DNA from: Lama guanicoe
Taxonomy: Eukaryota
DNA: 64,000 bases
Direction: 5' to 3'
Assembly: GCA_013239625.1 (NCBI GenBank)
Contig: MU054212.1
Coordinates: 5,304,270-5,368,269 of the forward strand
Shown: positions 37,606 through 49,868 of the stretch, one piece after another
Position numbering within the stretch: the stretch's first letter is position 1
Layout: each line of letters opens with the position of its first letter
Notes under the pieces: model-generated
Seen by the model: the letters and a program-made list of their open reading frames with translations, nothing else
Told to the model about the DNA's origin: nothing
Databases searched by the model: none
Program-made: the position numbers and the translations under genes

Positions 37606-38039
37606 CAAAAAGAGAAAACTAGGACTTCGCTTCAAAAGCTTTAATCAACAGATTTATCATCAAAGGAGATAATTGAAATATATTAATTGAATTATTATAA
37701 ACTAGCTTTTACTCAATTCCCAATAAAGTGTATTATTTCCAACACTCGTCTATGACATGTCTTTTTCTGGTCCCTCATAATCCATTGAATGACCAATGTA
37801 TCAATAGTTCTATATAAAAACCAATTAAGGAACAAGGCTGTTTTATTAATTTTATTATTTATTACTAATTAATACAAAATAATTGTATAAGATGTAGAAA
37901 ATGCTGACAAACAAGAAAAATGGTAAAAACCTGTGGGTCTATCATTCAACTTTAATTAAAAATTTATGCACTTTTTTCCAGCTTTCTGGTTTTCTGTTTT
38001 GGATAATTACAGAATTCGAATTTTGACCTGCAGTTTTGG

Positions 38040-38440
38040 CAAATTAACCCTGATGCTTTGGGTAGAATTTCTAAGATTAGAAAAGAATGGAAATAAGTAG
38101 TTACAGAAGATTTTGCAATATCAGAAAAGAAATTTAATAAAGGTATAAGTTATGATTGAGATAGTGGGAATACAAATGATAAATTTGAAAGATCATTGAC
38201 AAAATCTAAAACAAGTAGATATGAGGGACAAGAAAGGAAGAGCAGTCAAAATTAACATAGAAATTTATGAAATCGTGAATCCGTTTACTTATTGAATAGT
38301 TCTTTATAATAATCTTTCCATGTATCAGATACTGGGCTGGGTGTTGCAGTTAAGCCGAAAGCCAATTAGAAAAGAGCATGCTTTCACAGGAGTTTACATT
38401 TAGGCCTGGATGATATTCTTACCAGAAACAGGGACATAAG
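38040..38440 (-). mobile_element. Decayed L2 fragments
   Basis: 'agatatgagggacaagaaaggaagagcagtcaaaattaac' and 'ccatgtatcagatactgggctgggtgttg...ggagtttacatttta'. Confidence 0.5.
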
Positions 38441-38679
38441 GGAAAAGACATGGAATTCAGCCATGACAGCTGTGCTGGAGCGGAGAGGTGGCTAGTGCAG
38501 GAAGCTGAGGTAAGCGCTGTCACTGAAGGGAGTCATTGGATTCAGTGGGAAGAATGTTGTCTCATTTTATGAAACATGCAAATAAAATTCCTTAAGGAAT
38601 ATCGCTCCAGATTCCACAGCACAAAACATGTTTTCATTCAAAAATTATTTCCCAGATCATCCCTGGAAAGAGTTAAGGA

Positions 38680-39188
38680 TCAGAACAAAGAGAGAATGTT
38701 TGCAGTCTGAAATGTTAAAATGACGCTAGGCAGTGCTGATACTGCTCTGCCCCACCACCATGCCTGGCCTGCTGCCCGGAGCTGTTTCTCATTCTCTTGC
38801 TTTCTCTCGGGGTGCTCAGTCCGAAGACCCGGGGGGAGATTGGAGGGCAGAAAGGGAAAGAGGCTGTGCTGGTTCTTCCCTGCTGCCTCTGCTCAGGCCA
38901 TGGTTGTAACATATGTCCTCCCCGCCCAAGGCTGTGGCTCCTGCCAGGTCACCCTCATCCTCAACTCTTGGCTCCATCTTGCACTGTAGCACTATCCCAC
39001 CCTTGTCCCTTCAGACCTAAAGTTGTTAGTCACTTCCCGCTGCTGTTGGTAGTCTCTGGTCTCTGGTGTGCAATGTTCTTTCTCTTTCCCTTAATACTGT
39101 CCACACTTCTATAAGTAGCCCCTCTGATTAAAGGCTCTTGAACCATCTGAGTTGGATATGGTTCCCTTCTAGGGCCATGACTGATACA
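38680..39188 (+). mobile_element. ERVL solo LTR (LTR33/LTR41 group)
   Basis: GC-rich block ending 'ccttgtcccttcagacctaaagttgttagtcacttcccgctg...ttcccttaatactgtccacacttctataagtagccc...attaaa...ccatgactgataca'. Confidence 0.7.
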
Positions 39189-40529
39189 CTAGAGGTTTTG
39201 TATAACTCATGCATTTGAATTATTAGTTTTAAAAGATACCACTCAAGGTTTATTAGGTGAAGAAATTTTGTTTTCTTTAAAACACCTAAGTCCTAAATCT
39301 ATTCCTTCATTGAAACTTTTGCTTATTCGGGATTCATTTTCTGTTAATCTCATGGAGACTTAACGTCAGCTAGAGAAATTTTAAGTAAAAGTGAAACAAA
39401 ACAAAAGCAAAAACAAAAACAAAACAAACAAAAAAATTTAATAGCAGGCAGAAAGAACCTGATGGAATTAGAAGGCTCCAATTCCAACTTGTGTCTTGCA
39501 TTAAAATGTTCCTGCCATAAGGTGCTGATTCTATGGCTAGTTGTAAATTTCTGTCTAGAACACTGAGTCCGAGTTCTTCTGTCCCATATATGAATATGTT
39601 ATTGTCACACTGTGCAATAGAAATTACTCTCAGCATGCATACAAAGTCTGAATAGTGAATTGCCCCCCAAACAGGCTTATCTTCAACTTACAATTTTGTG
39701 GGCTTTACCTCTCACAATGATTAATATCATACCACCATATAGGTTTCAGGTCATTCAGCAATGGAGCCACTATATTTCAGAAGTCAGACAGTGGAAAAAC
39801 ACTTACTGTGCTAGGAAAATAGCATCTTTTGACATCCTGATTAATGAATATTTTTTTTTACATAGAATTTACATAGAATAAAGATGCAGATCGTAAGTAT
39901 CAGGAGTTAATCTTGCAAACACACACACACACAGCCTTCTTTCTAAAAGAAAAGGCAATAAAGAAAAGGATATTTTGGCAATAAAAGGCAATAACTCACA
40001 GAATGGACACATTAAAATTAATGAAAATCCCAGTGGATTAGAGGGACAATTTCCATCAGTGAAAAGATCAGAAGGTAAAGTAGGAATAAGTAAAAATAAG
40101 AGCTTGAGGTCTTGAGTCCAGAAACATTTGAGTAAAATAATTCCTAGCGTTGGATGGAACGCATCTTGGGTTCAGTATAAGGCGGTGTTGCCAAGTAAAG
40201 ACCTTTAAAAGAAATTAGAAAAAAATACAAAACTGAGCTTAAAAATAAACTCCAGGAAACCAGTACCTCACAGAGGTCATGTAATTAAAGCAAACTTTGT
40301 CAAAAGAATTTTTTGTAGTTGTTTTTCACTTGTTTATATTTTTAAGTTTTGCTTTGACTTGAAAACCAAGTTCTTTTCCCTTCACATTCTAATAAATACT
40401 GTCACAGAAATTAGTTACCTAGGACCTTCTTAAACTGGGAGTCCCTGTTTCTTTGTCAACCACCCTTTTGAGCCAATGTTGCATGGTGTACTTTGTACCC
40501 TATAGCATTTGCTGTTGTAATGTAACAGC

Positions 40530-41080
40530 ATTTAATGCACTATAAACTATGGCCTAACATTTAGCCTGGTGCTGAGGATACAAAAACTATAAAGACCTTG
40601 TCCCTGCCCTCAAAAGAGAAATGTTCCAGGAAAATAAATCAACATTTAAACAAATAAGGCCACTAAAATGTTGCACAGTACACAGGAAAAGAAGGCAAAG
40701 AAGGAAGGAAAGGAGACAACTCACGCAGGAGGCAGGTCCACTTCAGACAGCAAGTGACCTTTGAACTGTGTCTTGAAATATTGGAATGTCTGTTTTCAAC
40801 AGGCATTAGGTCCCATATATTTCAGGCTTTGGAAGCACGATGAATGAAGGCGTAAAAATCATGATTTCATCTTGACATCTAGAATGAGGAGTTATTATTT
40901 CATTTTAATTCAGGTATTCATTTATTTCATTAGAGAAAGTGGCAGTGTGGGGAGAAGGGTGGCAGAAATCAAGCCAGGGAAGTCTTCGGGAACCTGACTG
41001 TAAACAGCTTATGTCCTTAATAATGGTTTTAACCTTTATTTAATAAGCATTTGAGGACTTCTGAAGAGTTTAAAGCTATT
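40530..41080 (-). mobile_element. L2 3' region
   Basis: 'ggtgctgaggatacaaaa...aaagaccttgtccctgccctcaa' and 'gtgacctttgaactgtgtcttgaaa'. Confidence 0.7.
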
Positions 41081-43244
41081 TGTATGTTTCCTCTCTCCTT
41101 TGGAAAATGGGGACAATAAATAATATCTCCCTCACAAAAAGGATTAAAGTGAGAAAAATTATATGAATCTATTAGTTCTTTGTGACTTTCAGCTATTATT
41201 ACATATTGGCCTGAAAGATGTATATTTGTCTGGTAAATGACCTTACAGCAAAGTAGAAAATAGTTTTGCAGTGAGACAGAAGCAACATTAGCATATATAA
41301 TTACCTTTCCTTTGACTATCCGATTTTAACCTTTAGCATTTCCTAAATGCTCAAAATGCTGGATCAGACCAACTGATCATTCATTCACTTTAAATAATTT
41401 TAACTTTGCAGTGCATATGATAATAAGTTCTAAATTATTAAAATTAAGTTTTCAGTACTTTCTTGGCTATTTGAAAAATCACAGAAGAGTACCATATATT
41501 TGCAAGTTACAGCCTAGTTTCTATGAAAACTCTAAATTTAATGATGGCATAGTTCAATAAGTTTTCTAAAAGATCAAGTATTAGTCCTTGTACAAGTGAT
41601 GGTGTGATGATTACTTTGTAAGGAAATGGACATGATAGTGTTCAGGAGTATTCAGTTGAACAATATTTTTGATGATACTTGAAGGCTGGTGTGAGACATG
41701 TGTTGCCTTATGCAGAGCTAGAAGTCTGAACTTTATAATACTGAAGCAGTTATTATTTTTATCAAGTTGACAACTGATAAAACTGCAAGATTGTTGTGAA
41801 TCAAAAGCTCCCTGTCAACATAATGTGAAGTGAATGCTTTTGAGTGAGAGCCACAAAATGAGGATATCAGCACGGACTAGAATGGTCACCTTCTTGTCCA
41901 ATTTATTCAGTGCATTTGGTCTTGACAATATGAGACACGCAAGCTGGCAGCTGGCAACGTTTTGAGCACGTTCCAGGTTCAGAGCCCAATCAGGAACTAT
42001 TTAGGATCCTGTTGTCCTGGACCTGTGTGGGTGGGATAAGGGTACTGTGGCTTCTGATGTTTATATAAAAAGGGGCATAAGAACTGACTTCTTGTAAAAC
42101 TCATTTTATGACTTTATCAAGAGAGACTTTCCACAGTTCATTGGTCTCCTGTCACTCATTAGCAAAGCTGCTTCCCAAGGTCAGTGTGACATGGCTCAGT
42201 GTTAGAGTGCATTGTTCAGACAGTAGATGTTTGACAGCACATGGGATGGCAAACAGTGAAAAATTAGCTGCTATTCAGGGATGTGTGCTTACTGCTATTT
42301 GCCAAGAGGTCAGATTAAATCGGTACAGTGGCTGTTGTCCAAATGGATTAAAAAAAAAAACTCCATTTGTGATTTACAAGAGGAGAAAAGATGAGAGTGT
42401 TACGGAGTTTTATTTGCCTGTTTTGTTCTAAGAGATTTATGGATAAAATTTTGTCCTCAGATTCACATAAAAGGTTTATGGACTCTGGGTGCATAATAGA
42501 GCAGAAAATTGTTTTTATTTAGTGATGCTGTTTTCCTGAAATGATATTTCCATGCAAAATTCATTCATTATAATTTTTAAAATTCGGATCGGCCTTAGTT
42601 ACCCCAAAATTAACCCATAATGCATTTTAATCAAGTAACAAATGTGAAATTTCTCAATGTAAGTGCACTGGCTCTTCCTGCAAAGCACATCACAATGTGA
42701 ATGAGAAAAAAATAACATTTTCTAGATATCCAAATTATGAAAATTTGGGGCTTTAAACTGTGAATACTGTTTCTGTCTTTATTAATAAACAACAGGCCCA
42801 AACCTTACTTTTCACATCTAAAAAGCAAATATAAGAAGGGGCCCTACTTTATAGGAGCCCAGCACATATATAGTAAGTACTCGCTAAATATTTATGAGTA
42901 TCATTAGCTCAAAGAATTGAATGGTCTCTTTTTTGTAATACTATTTGCCTTGTATTTTTACATTTTGCCTCATTTGGATTCTTTAGCCAATAAAAATATG
43001 CAATTGTTGCATATGCTACTTATGAAAATGAAAATGTTTCTGCTATTTTTCTGCCTACTGTATTGAAATATTTGATGTTGATAATGAGTTTTATTAAATG
43101 AAGTGAAGCATGCAATCAAATGAAAAACATGATGAAAAGTTGAAATTTAATCAGGCCTTATACACTGTGCATTAGCCTGATAGTTCAGTAACAGCATGAA
43201 TTTTTAAAAATATATATATTTACATTTACTTACAGTACGTGTTA

Positions 43245-43772
43245 AATTTGTCCATCTGATTTCAGCTTCCACAGTGTGTCTCTAATCTAAGTCACCATCA
43301 TCTCTTACCTGCATGGTTGCAGTGAATCTCTAGATTCAGTATTGGGTCCCTGCAACTCATTGTCCACCCAGAAGTCAGAGAAATGCTTTCAAAACATAAA
43401 AATGTTTGTGCCACTCACTTGCATGAGCCCTTCAATGCCTGACCATTGTACTCACAATAAAATCCAAAGACCTCAGATTGGCTGTCAGGGTCTAAAGGCC
43501 TTCCAGCCGCATGACTTGCCATGTTCCTACCTGTCTTGTATTGGTCTTCTTCCAGTTCCTTGAACTGACCTGACTCAGAGCATTCAGAACTGTTTGCAAA
43601 GCTGTGTCTATCTGATTATTTGTTTATTGCGTGTCTGTCTCTCCCACTAACCTAACACCTCTAGGAGGGGAGTGTTGCATCTCCATTGCCCACTCTTGTG
43701 CCCCAGCAGCTTACACAGTGCCTGACACAATGGGATGATGTGCAATACAGATTTGTTCAAGAAATGAGTGAA
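43245..43772 (+). mobile_element. L2 3' region
   Basis: 'gtcaccatcatctcttacctg', 'ctgtctctcccactaa' and 'acacagtgcctgacacaatggg...caatacagatttgttcaagaaatgagtgaa'. Confidence 0.85.
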
Positions 43773-44125
43773 TATTGGTTAGAACTTGCTAAGTGTCAGG
43801 CACTGTGCTAGGCTCTGAGATACAAATGAATATGAAAGAGTGCCTAGCTTCAGTGAGCCCCTTGTCTAGCGGACAGGATACGAGGTGAATAAACAATTAG
43901 AACACTGAACAGGCTTCCACCAGGACAAAGCATCGGGTGCTAAGAGAGCAGGAGATGAGGAAATCTTCTCAAGAGAAATGATTTTGAAATTGAATCCTGA
44001 AGGATGATAAGAGTTAAGCAAAGAAAGGAAAGGGAAAGTACAGGAGGTAAAGGGCAAAGGAGTGGAGTTGTGTGGACACAGGGCGAATGCAGAGCGGCCT
44101 GGAAATTGGACAGGGAGGATAAAGC
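43770..44125 (-). mobile_element. L2 3' region, tail-to-tail with the preceding L2
   Basis: 'gtgtcaggcactgtgctaggctctgagataca...tgaatcctgaaggatgataagagtt'. Confidence 0.85.
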
Positions 44126-44919
44126 AAGAGATATCAGTGTTCATTCAGATCCCTTCATAAATCAGACAGTGTCTCATAAGTGCCTTGTTATCATTTCAGT
44201 TTTATATTTATTATATATAATTATTACTTACAATTATTGCCAGAAAAGTTAAGCATTTACGCATGGTCCACAGCTAAACAGTATATCCAGAATGAGTTTT
44301 ATATGCATATTCATTATTGTTTACTCCAGAATCAATTTTTCTTTCTTTTATAGCAAAGTAGACTTTTATTAAATATTAGTATTATTAGTAAAATGATACA
44401 AAAATCTTTGCTATTACTAATTGCACTAAAATTGCAAATCAGTCTGCCCCTTTATCCAATTAACTTTTAAGAATACATCAAAGTAGAATACAGATCCATC
44501 TGTGGCATGAAATCTAACTATACCTTTGCCTTACAAAACCATATAATTTTCCCCAAGATTTTCTCCAAAAAATACTCTGTTTATTTGGTTAACTTTCATT
44601 TACTGTCACTCTTGTAAACCATAAATCATAATCAATCTGTATCTTTGACCATTTCCACGTCTTCTTCCCTTACAGAATGAACTAGAAAGTTTTTAAATCC
44701 TTTATAATAATAGTTTTCCAATGATGCATTTCAGCATAGCTAGCCACAGATTTGGCTGGTATTGATGAGGCAATTATTGTGGAAACAAATGATTACAAAC
44801 CTGAAAAGATAAATAAGCATATCCTCTATTGTCCTGAAGGTCTTCACTGTCAGATTTCATGGAAATAAATGTCCTGTCCTTAAATGTAGCGGAGTGATAA
44901 AAGCAAAAAGAAGATACAA

Positions 44920-45335
44920 GTATATATACATACATACATACATAAGCTAGCAATGGAATATTACTCAGCTGTAGAAAAGAATGACATTTTGCCATTGCAA
45001 CTATGTGGATGGGCCTGGAGTGTATTATGCTTAGTGAAATAAGCCAGACAGAGAAAGAAAAATACTGTATGTTAGCACTTATATGTGGAATCTAAAAAAT
45101 AAAACAAAGGAAAACAAAACAGAAACAGACTCAGATACAGAGAACAAACTGGTGGTTACCAGTGGGGAGACGGAAGATGGAAGGGGCAAGATAGGAGTAG
45201 GGAATTAAGAGCTACAAACTACTATGTAGAAAATAAATAAGCTAAAAGGATATATTGTACAGTACAAGGAATATAGCCAATGTTTTACAATAACTTTAAA
45301 CAGAATATAATTTATAAAAATACTAAATGACTAAA
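44920..45335 (+). mobile_element. L1 3' end (ORF2 terminus and 3' UTR)
   Basis: 'caatggaatattactcagc...tattatgcttagtgaaataagccagacagagaaagaaaaatactgtatg...gagaacaaactggtggttaccagtgggga'. Confidence 0.92.
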
Positions 45336-47314
45336 ATAAATCTTCTAATCTTACCGGCTATCATTAACTTAATCATAATATGTCCAAAAATGACACCAGA
45401 TTTTAGAAACCCATCCCATGCACCAAATCATTCAGGATCCTGCCTTATCAAAAAAACTTGCCAAGTTGTCTTTGGTAGATTCCAGTGAAACTTAGTCTTT
45501 ATCATTTTAACTAACATCGTAGCGAGCTAACTCAGCATTACTACATAAGACTAATACAAAATGAATTACACACATGCACATACACAGCCACACAAACAAA
45601 ATTCCCACATTAATGTCTCTTATATGGAGATCAGCAAAGTCAAATAAATTCCATCATGGTCTCATATCAGTGAGATTTTATATATAAAGCCTCTAACACT
45701 ATTCATTCAGCAGTACTTCCTGAGTATTAGATGAGCTCATAATCTGGGATGACTTAAAAAATTAAGATAAACTCATACACAGAAAATCTAGAAGATAAGT
45801 TATTTCTCAAGAGGTCATTTGAATTAGAAAACATCAACTACCAGATCTAAGCAGTGAGCACAACATTATGACATTAGTCTGAAGTTTCTGCCAAGGGAAA
45901 CGTCCCTTCAATGATGATCATTGCTGGCTTTTTGCAGCCTATCATTGTTATCATCGCTTACCTTCCTCCTAAAAGCAAACTCTCACATTGTGTAGAAAGT
46001 TAAACTTTCCTTTGATACGTAAACTAGTTTTTTTGTATCAGTCACCCCCAATCTGACTTAAGGCAATTGGAAAGCTAACACAAAGAGTATAAAATTAACA
46101 TAAAAGTTTTTAGAAGTCTAAAAATATGTTTTCAAATTTTTGTGGCCAAGAACTAAAAGAATGTTACTGAGGCTGTTTTCAGGATTATCCATCCATTTCG
46201 ACAGTACTGTGGTTGGATCAATCAAGTTTTCATTACTTAATACTTTTGAAGAGAAGACCAGAAATTGTGTAACTTGATTGAAAACCTCCTGAAATTATTT
46301 GTATGGTACTTTAGTGAAATGCACTTTGAATTCACTGAAAAAATTGCAGATCCTTTCACATTCATATGAAACTTCAAGGCCTACACTAGCCTTATAACTT
46401 TTCATGGGTAATGGCCTTGGTAGGGATGTACCACACTCAATTTATGCCGGTTCATAGGAGTAACCGGCATTTTGTATTTGTATTTGTCACAGTAGAAGGT
46501 GAATTCAATGTCCAAATGAGGATGAACTGGGACTCCCTATGTAAAAAAAGTTTGTATATATACATATATACATCATATATATAGTGTGTTTTATAAAAAA
46601 GCAAATGGAAGGGATTTTACATGTATACAGCCTGAAAAAATTTTGTGCTTCTTTTTTTCCATTACCTAAATTATATTCCTCTATTTCAGATACATAGTCT
46701 CATAATATATACTCCAGTGGATTAGGTACCTCTCAGAATAAAGTTACCCTCTAATGTTGAGAGTGGTGACTAGTGAGGTCAAGATCCACAACGTCTTTAG
46801 ATCACTGGGCTGCCACTTAGACATACAATTCCGGGGAGTTAGAGTGGATTTAATTATACCCAACTGACCAAAGTTAATAAATTGTCTCTCTTGAGTTGAA
46901 CTGGCATCTAATAGGCTAGGTCTTCATGGTGTAATAAAAAACAAGATAATTCAGTCTAATCAATTAATCGGTCCATTCATTTTTGCTGCTGTTTATTTTT
47001 AATTCAAAAATTTACATCATACAGTGAATTGACTGGTTCAGTGAATACATTGATAATTTTAGGATACCATTTTAGGCATGAATCAGAAAAATAATTCATT
47101 AGAGAACAGTGTATGTTGCTTGGTTTTTGACACTTTACCATCCTCATCTGTTCATGGATCCAGAATGTCACAATAATGTTAGGAACTTTGGATATTAATT
47201 CTTTCCTCTTGCTTGGTTGACTGAAAGCATTATTGTAATGGCCTAAAAGACATAATATGCTTCTCAAATGTTCTAATTAATCAGGTACCTACATCATAAA
47301 TTATGTTAAATTGC

Positions 47315-47475
47315 TGAGTCATAGAATCCTAGATCCTTTGAGAACTTAGAAGTCATCTATTCAAACCTCCCCCCAGATGATGCAAATGGGAGCAATGGTT
47401 TGTTCTCAGAATGATTAACTAGCTCATTAGTTCTATAATTACCCCACATTCCTCATCTCAGTTCTATGCTCTATT
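47315..47475 (-). mobile_element. MIR3/MIRc fragment
   Basis: 'gtcatagaatcctaga...acttagaagtcatctattcaaacctcccc'. Confidence 0.55.
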
Positions 47476-49044
47476 AATCTATCCTCTTTAACCACATCCT
47501 TGTCACTTCCTTTAACAATTTAGTTTAAACATCTGAGTTTTAGATCTATTTGTCTATAAATCTTTTCGTGTAATAAGAATAAATCAAAATATTAAGATTG
47601 GAATGTACATTATGATTTCAGTGCCCAAGAGCTGCTTAGTAGCTGATGTCTTATTTGTGGTAGTAGCTGCCTAGTAGCAGATTTCTAAGCCTAGTGCTGT
47701 GAAGTGCCAGAAACACATAAATACAGATACATTGCAGTCCTGACACAAATGGATGATTCATTCTGCTCCCAGGGAAAATGTACAGTTGGCACTGCACCAG
47801 TTATGAGAATGTTTTTGCTTCCCCCCCTTCTCTTATACTGATTTACCTTAACTTTCAAATTAGTGCAGACTGAATCACATTGGGTAATTTTTCCCCAGAA
47901 ATTTCATAACAAGTTTTATATCAAGGCATGAAATATTATCTACGGCGAGATTGTGAATCAATGACATAAATATAATTACTGTTTTTAATAAGTATTATTT
48001 TAAAGTCTTACAGTATTCACAAGAATGCATGTAATAAATGCATCTTATATTTGAAAAATTATTCGTAATAACTTAAGAAATAGTTCATTGTCTATCTTGA
48101 TCACAGTAGTACAATTTTGCAAAATGGAAATTAAGCTATAATTTATAATAATAAAATATTTTATTGCCATAATTTGTATGAATATGATATTCACCAGACA
48201 GTTCAATTCAGTGATGTAATTTTTCTTGGTGAAAACAAAGGACATTTATTAAATTACTGTTAAATTGCCATATATATATCTACAGTTGAACAATGGAAAG
48301 AAATTTACAAATAATCCATGATTTAAAAGAGACGGCTGCCTGATCACTTAACACAGTCTCCCTGGAAATTTGACAAGCATTTCTTTAGAAAATTTATCTG
48401 AAACTGGAATGTAGAAAACAAGGACATTGGTATGAAGTACCATCAACTCATATATAAGGCCATATATAAGGCATAGATATTTATTTGATTACTATCAAGA
48501 TAATGATCAGCAGCATGTGATACAAAATAAGTAAGAAAAAATTTAGCAGAAAAATAATTAGAATTCAGATAATAGATGAACTTTATGAAGTACGATGGTA
48601 CAAATTAAAAACATTATATGGCAAGTCTGTGTTTAGCCCCAACCACATTAATAAAATCCTTTTAGCATCCTGTGAACTATAGCAATAAAAAGAAGCAGGT
48701 CACAGAGTGTGTCAAAGCACTAAATATTTTATTCCTCTTCCCTTTGAATAATATCTTCGCAGTGCCATAGGTGAAGCTTCCCATTATTTCATCACTTTAT
48801 GCCTGAGAAGTTTGAAAGCCAAGAGAGGGAGGAAAATATAAAGGGGAAGGAAGGTCAACAGACATGAAGAAAAGACACCATATCAAAATATTGCCTTCTT
48901 TTCTTACCTTTTCTCTCACTTTCCTTCTTCCAGATACTACACTTGCAGTTGAATGCTAATTCATTAGTAGAAAAACCAAGTTCAAAAGTTGTGGGGTTTT
49001 TTCCCCCAGTAACACAAGAGAGAGGAAAGAGGAGAAAAAGAGAT

Positions 49045-49092
49045 AGACAGAGCGGCAAAGACAGAGAGAGACAGAGCGGCAAAGACAGAGAG
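49045..49092. repeat. Perfect 24-bp tandem duplication in a GA-rich tract
   Basis: (agacagagcggcaaagacagagag)x2. Confidence 0.9.
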
Positions 49093-49134
49093 ACACAGAA
49101 AGGGAAAATTAGTTGATCAAAAGTCAAAGAAGGA

Positions 49135-49868
49135 GATCAGGAATGAGACAGGAATGCCCACTCTACCAGTTTTATTCAGCCTCATACTGCAAGCCTAGCC
49201 AGAGCAATTAGGTAAGAAAAAGAAATAAAGAGCATCCAAATCTGAAAGGAAGAAGTAAAATTGACTATATTTGCAGATGATAGGATTTTATATATAGAAA
49301 ACCCTAAAGACGCCACCAAAATACTGTTAGAACTAATAAACAATTTCAGTAAAGTTGCAGGATACAAAAATCAATATACAAAAATTGTTGTATTTCTACA
49401 TACCAACAACAAACTATCAGAAGAAATTAAGAAAAATATTCATATACTATAGCATTGAAAACATTAAAATACTTAGAAATAAACTTAACCAAGGAGATGA
49501 GAGACCGATACACAGAAAATGATAAGACTTTGATTAAAGAAGTTGAAAATGACACTAATAAATGTAATGATATTCTGTGTGCATGGATTCAAAGAATTAA
49601 TATTGTTAAAATGCCCCAAAGTGATCTACAGATTCAATGTGATTCCCCTCAAAATTTCAATGGCATTTTTCACAGAAACAGAAGAAACAATTCTAAAATT
49701 TGCATAGAACCCCAAAGACCCTAAATAGTCAAAGCAATCTTCAGAATGAAAAATAAGGCTAGAGGTATCCAGTCCCTGATTTCAAACAGTATGGTAGTGG
49801 CATAAATATGAGATAGATCACTTAGATACACAGATCAATGAAACACAATAGAAAGCTCCGAAATAACA
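49135..49868 (+). mobile_element. Internal L1 ORF2 fragment covering the RT core
   Basis: 'ggaatgagacaggaatgcccactc' (like GTRQGCPL), FADD at 49270-49281, '[15 protein letters not shown]' and 'KYLEINLTKE'; frameshifted. Confidence 0.95.

Noticed and set aside
38715..39114. GC-rich overlapping ORFs suggesting an exon or CpG island
   Set aside because: They are explained by an ERVL LTR.
49261..49724. Reverse-transcriptase ORF with FADD motif as a novel RT system
   Set aside because: It is an ordinary disrupted L1 ORF2 fragment.
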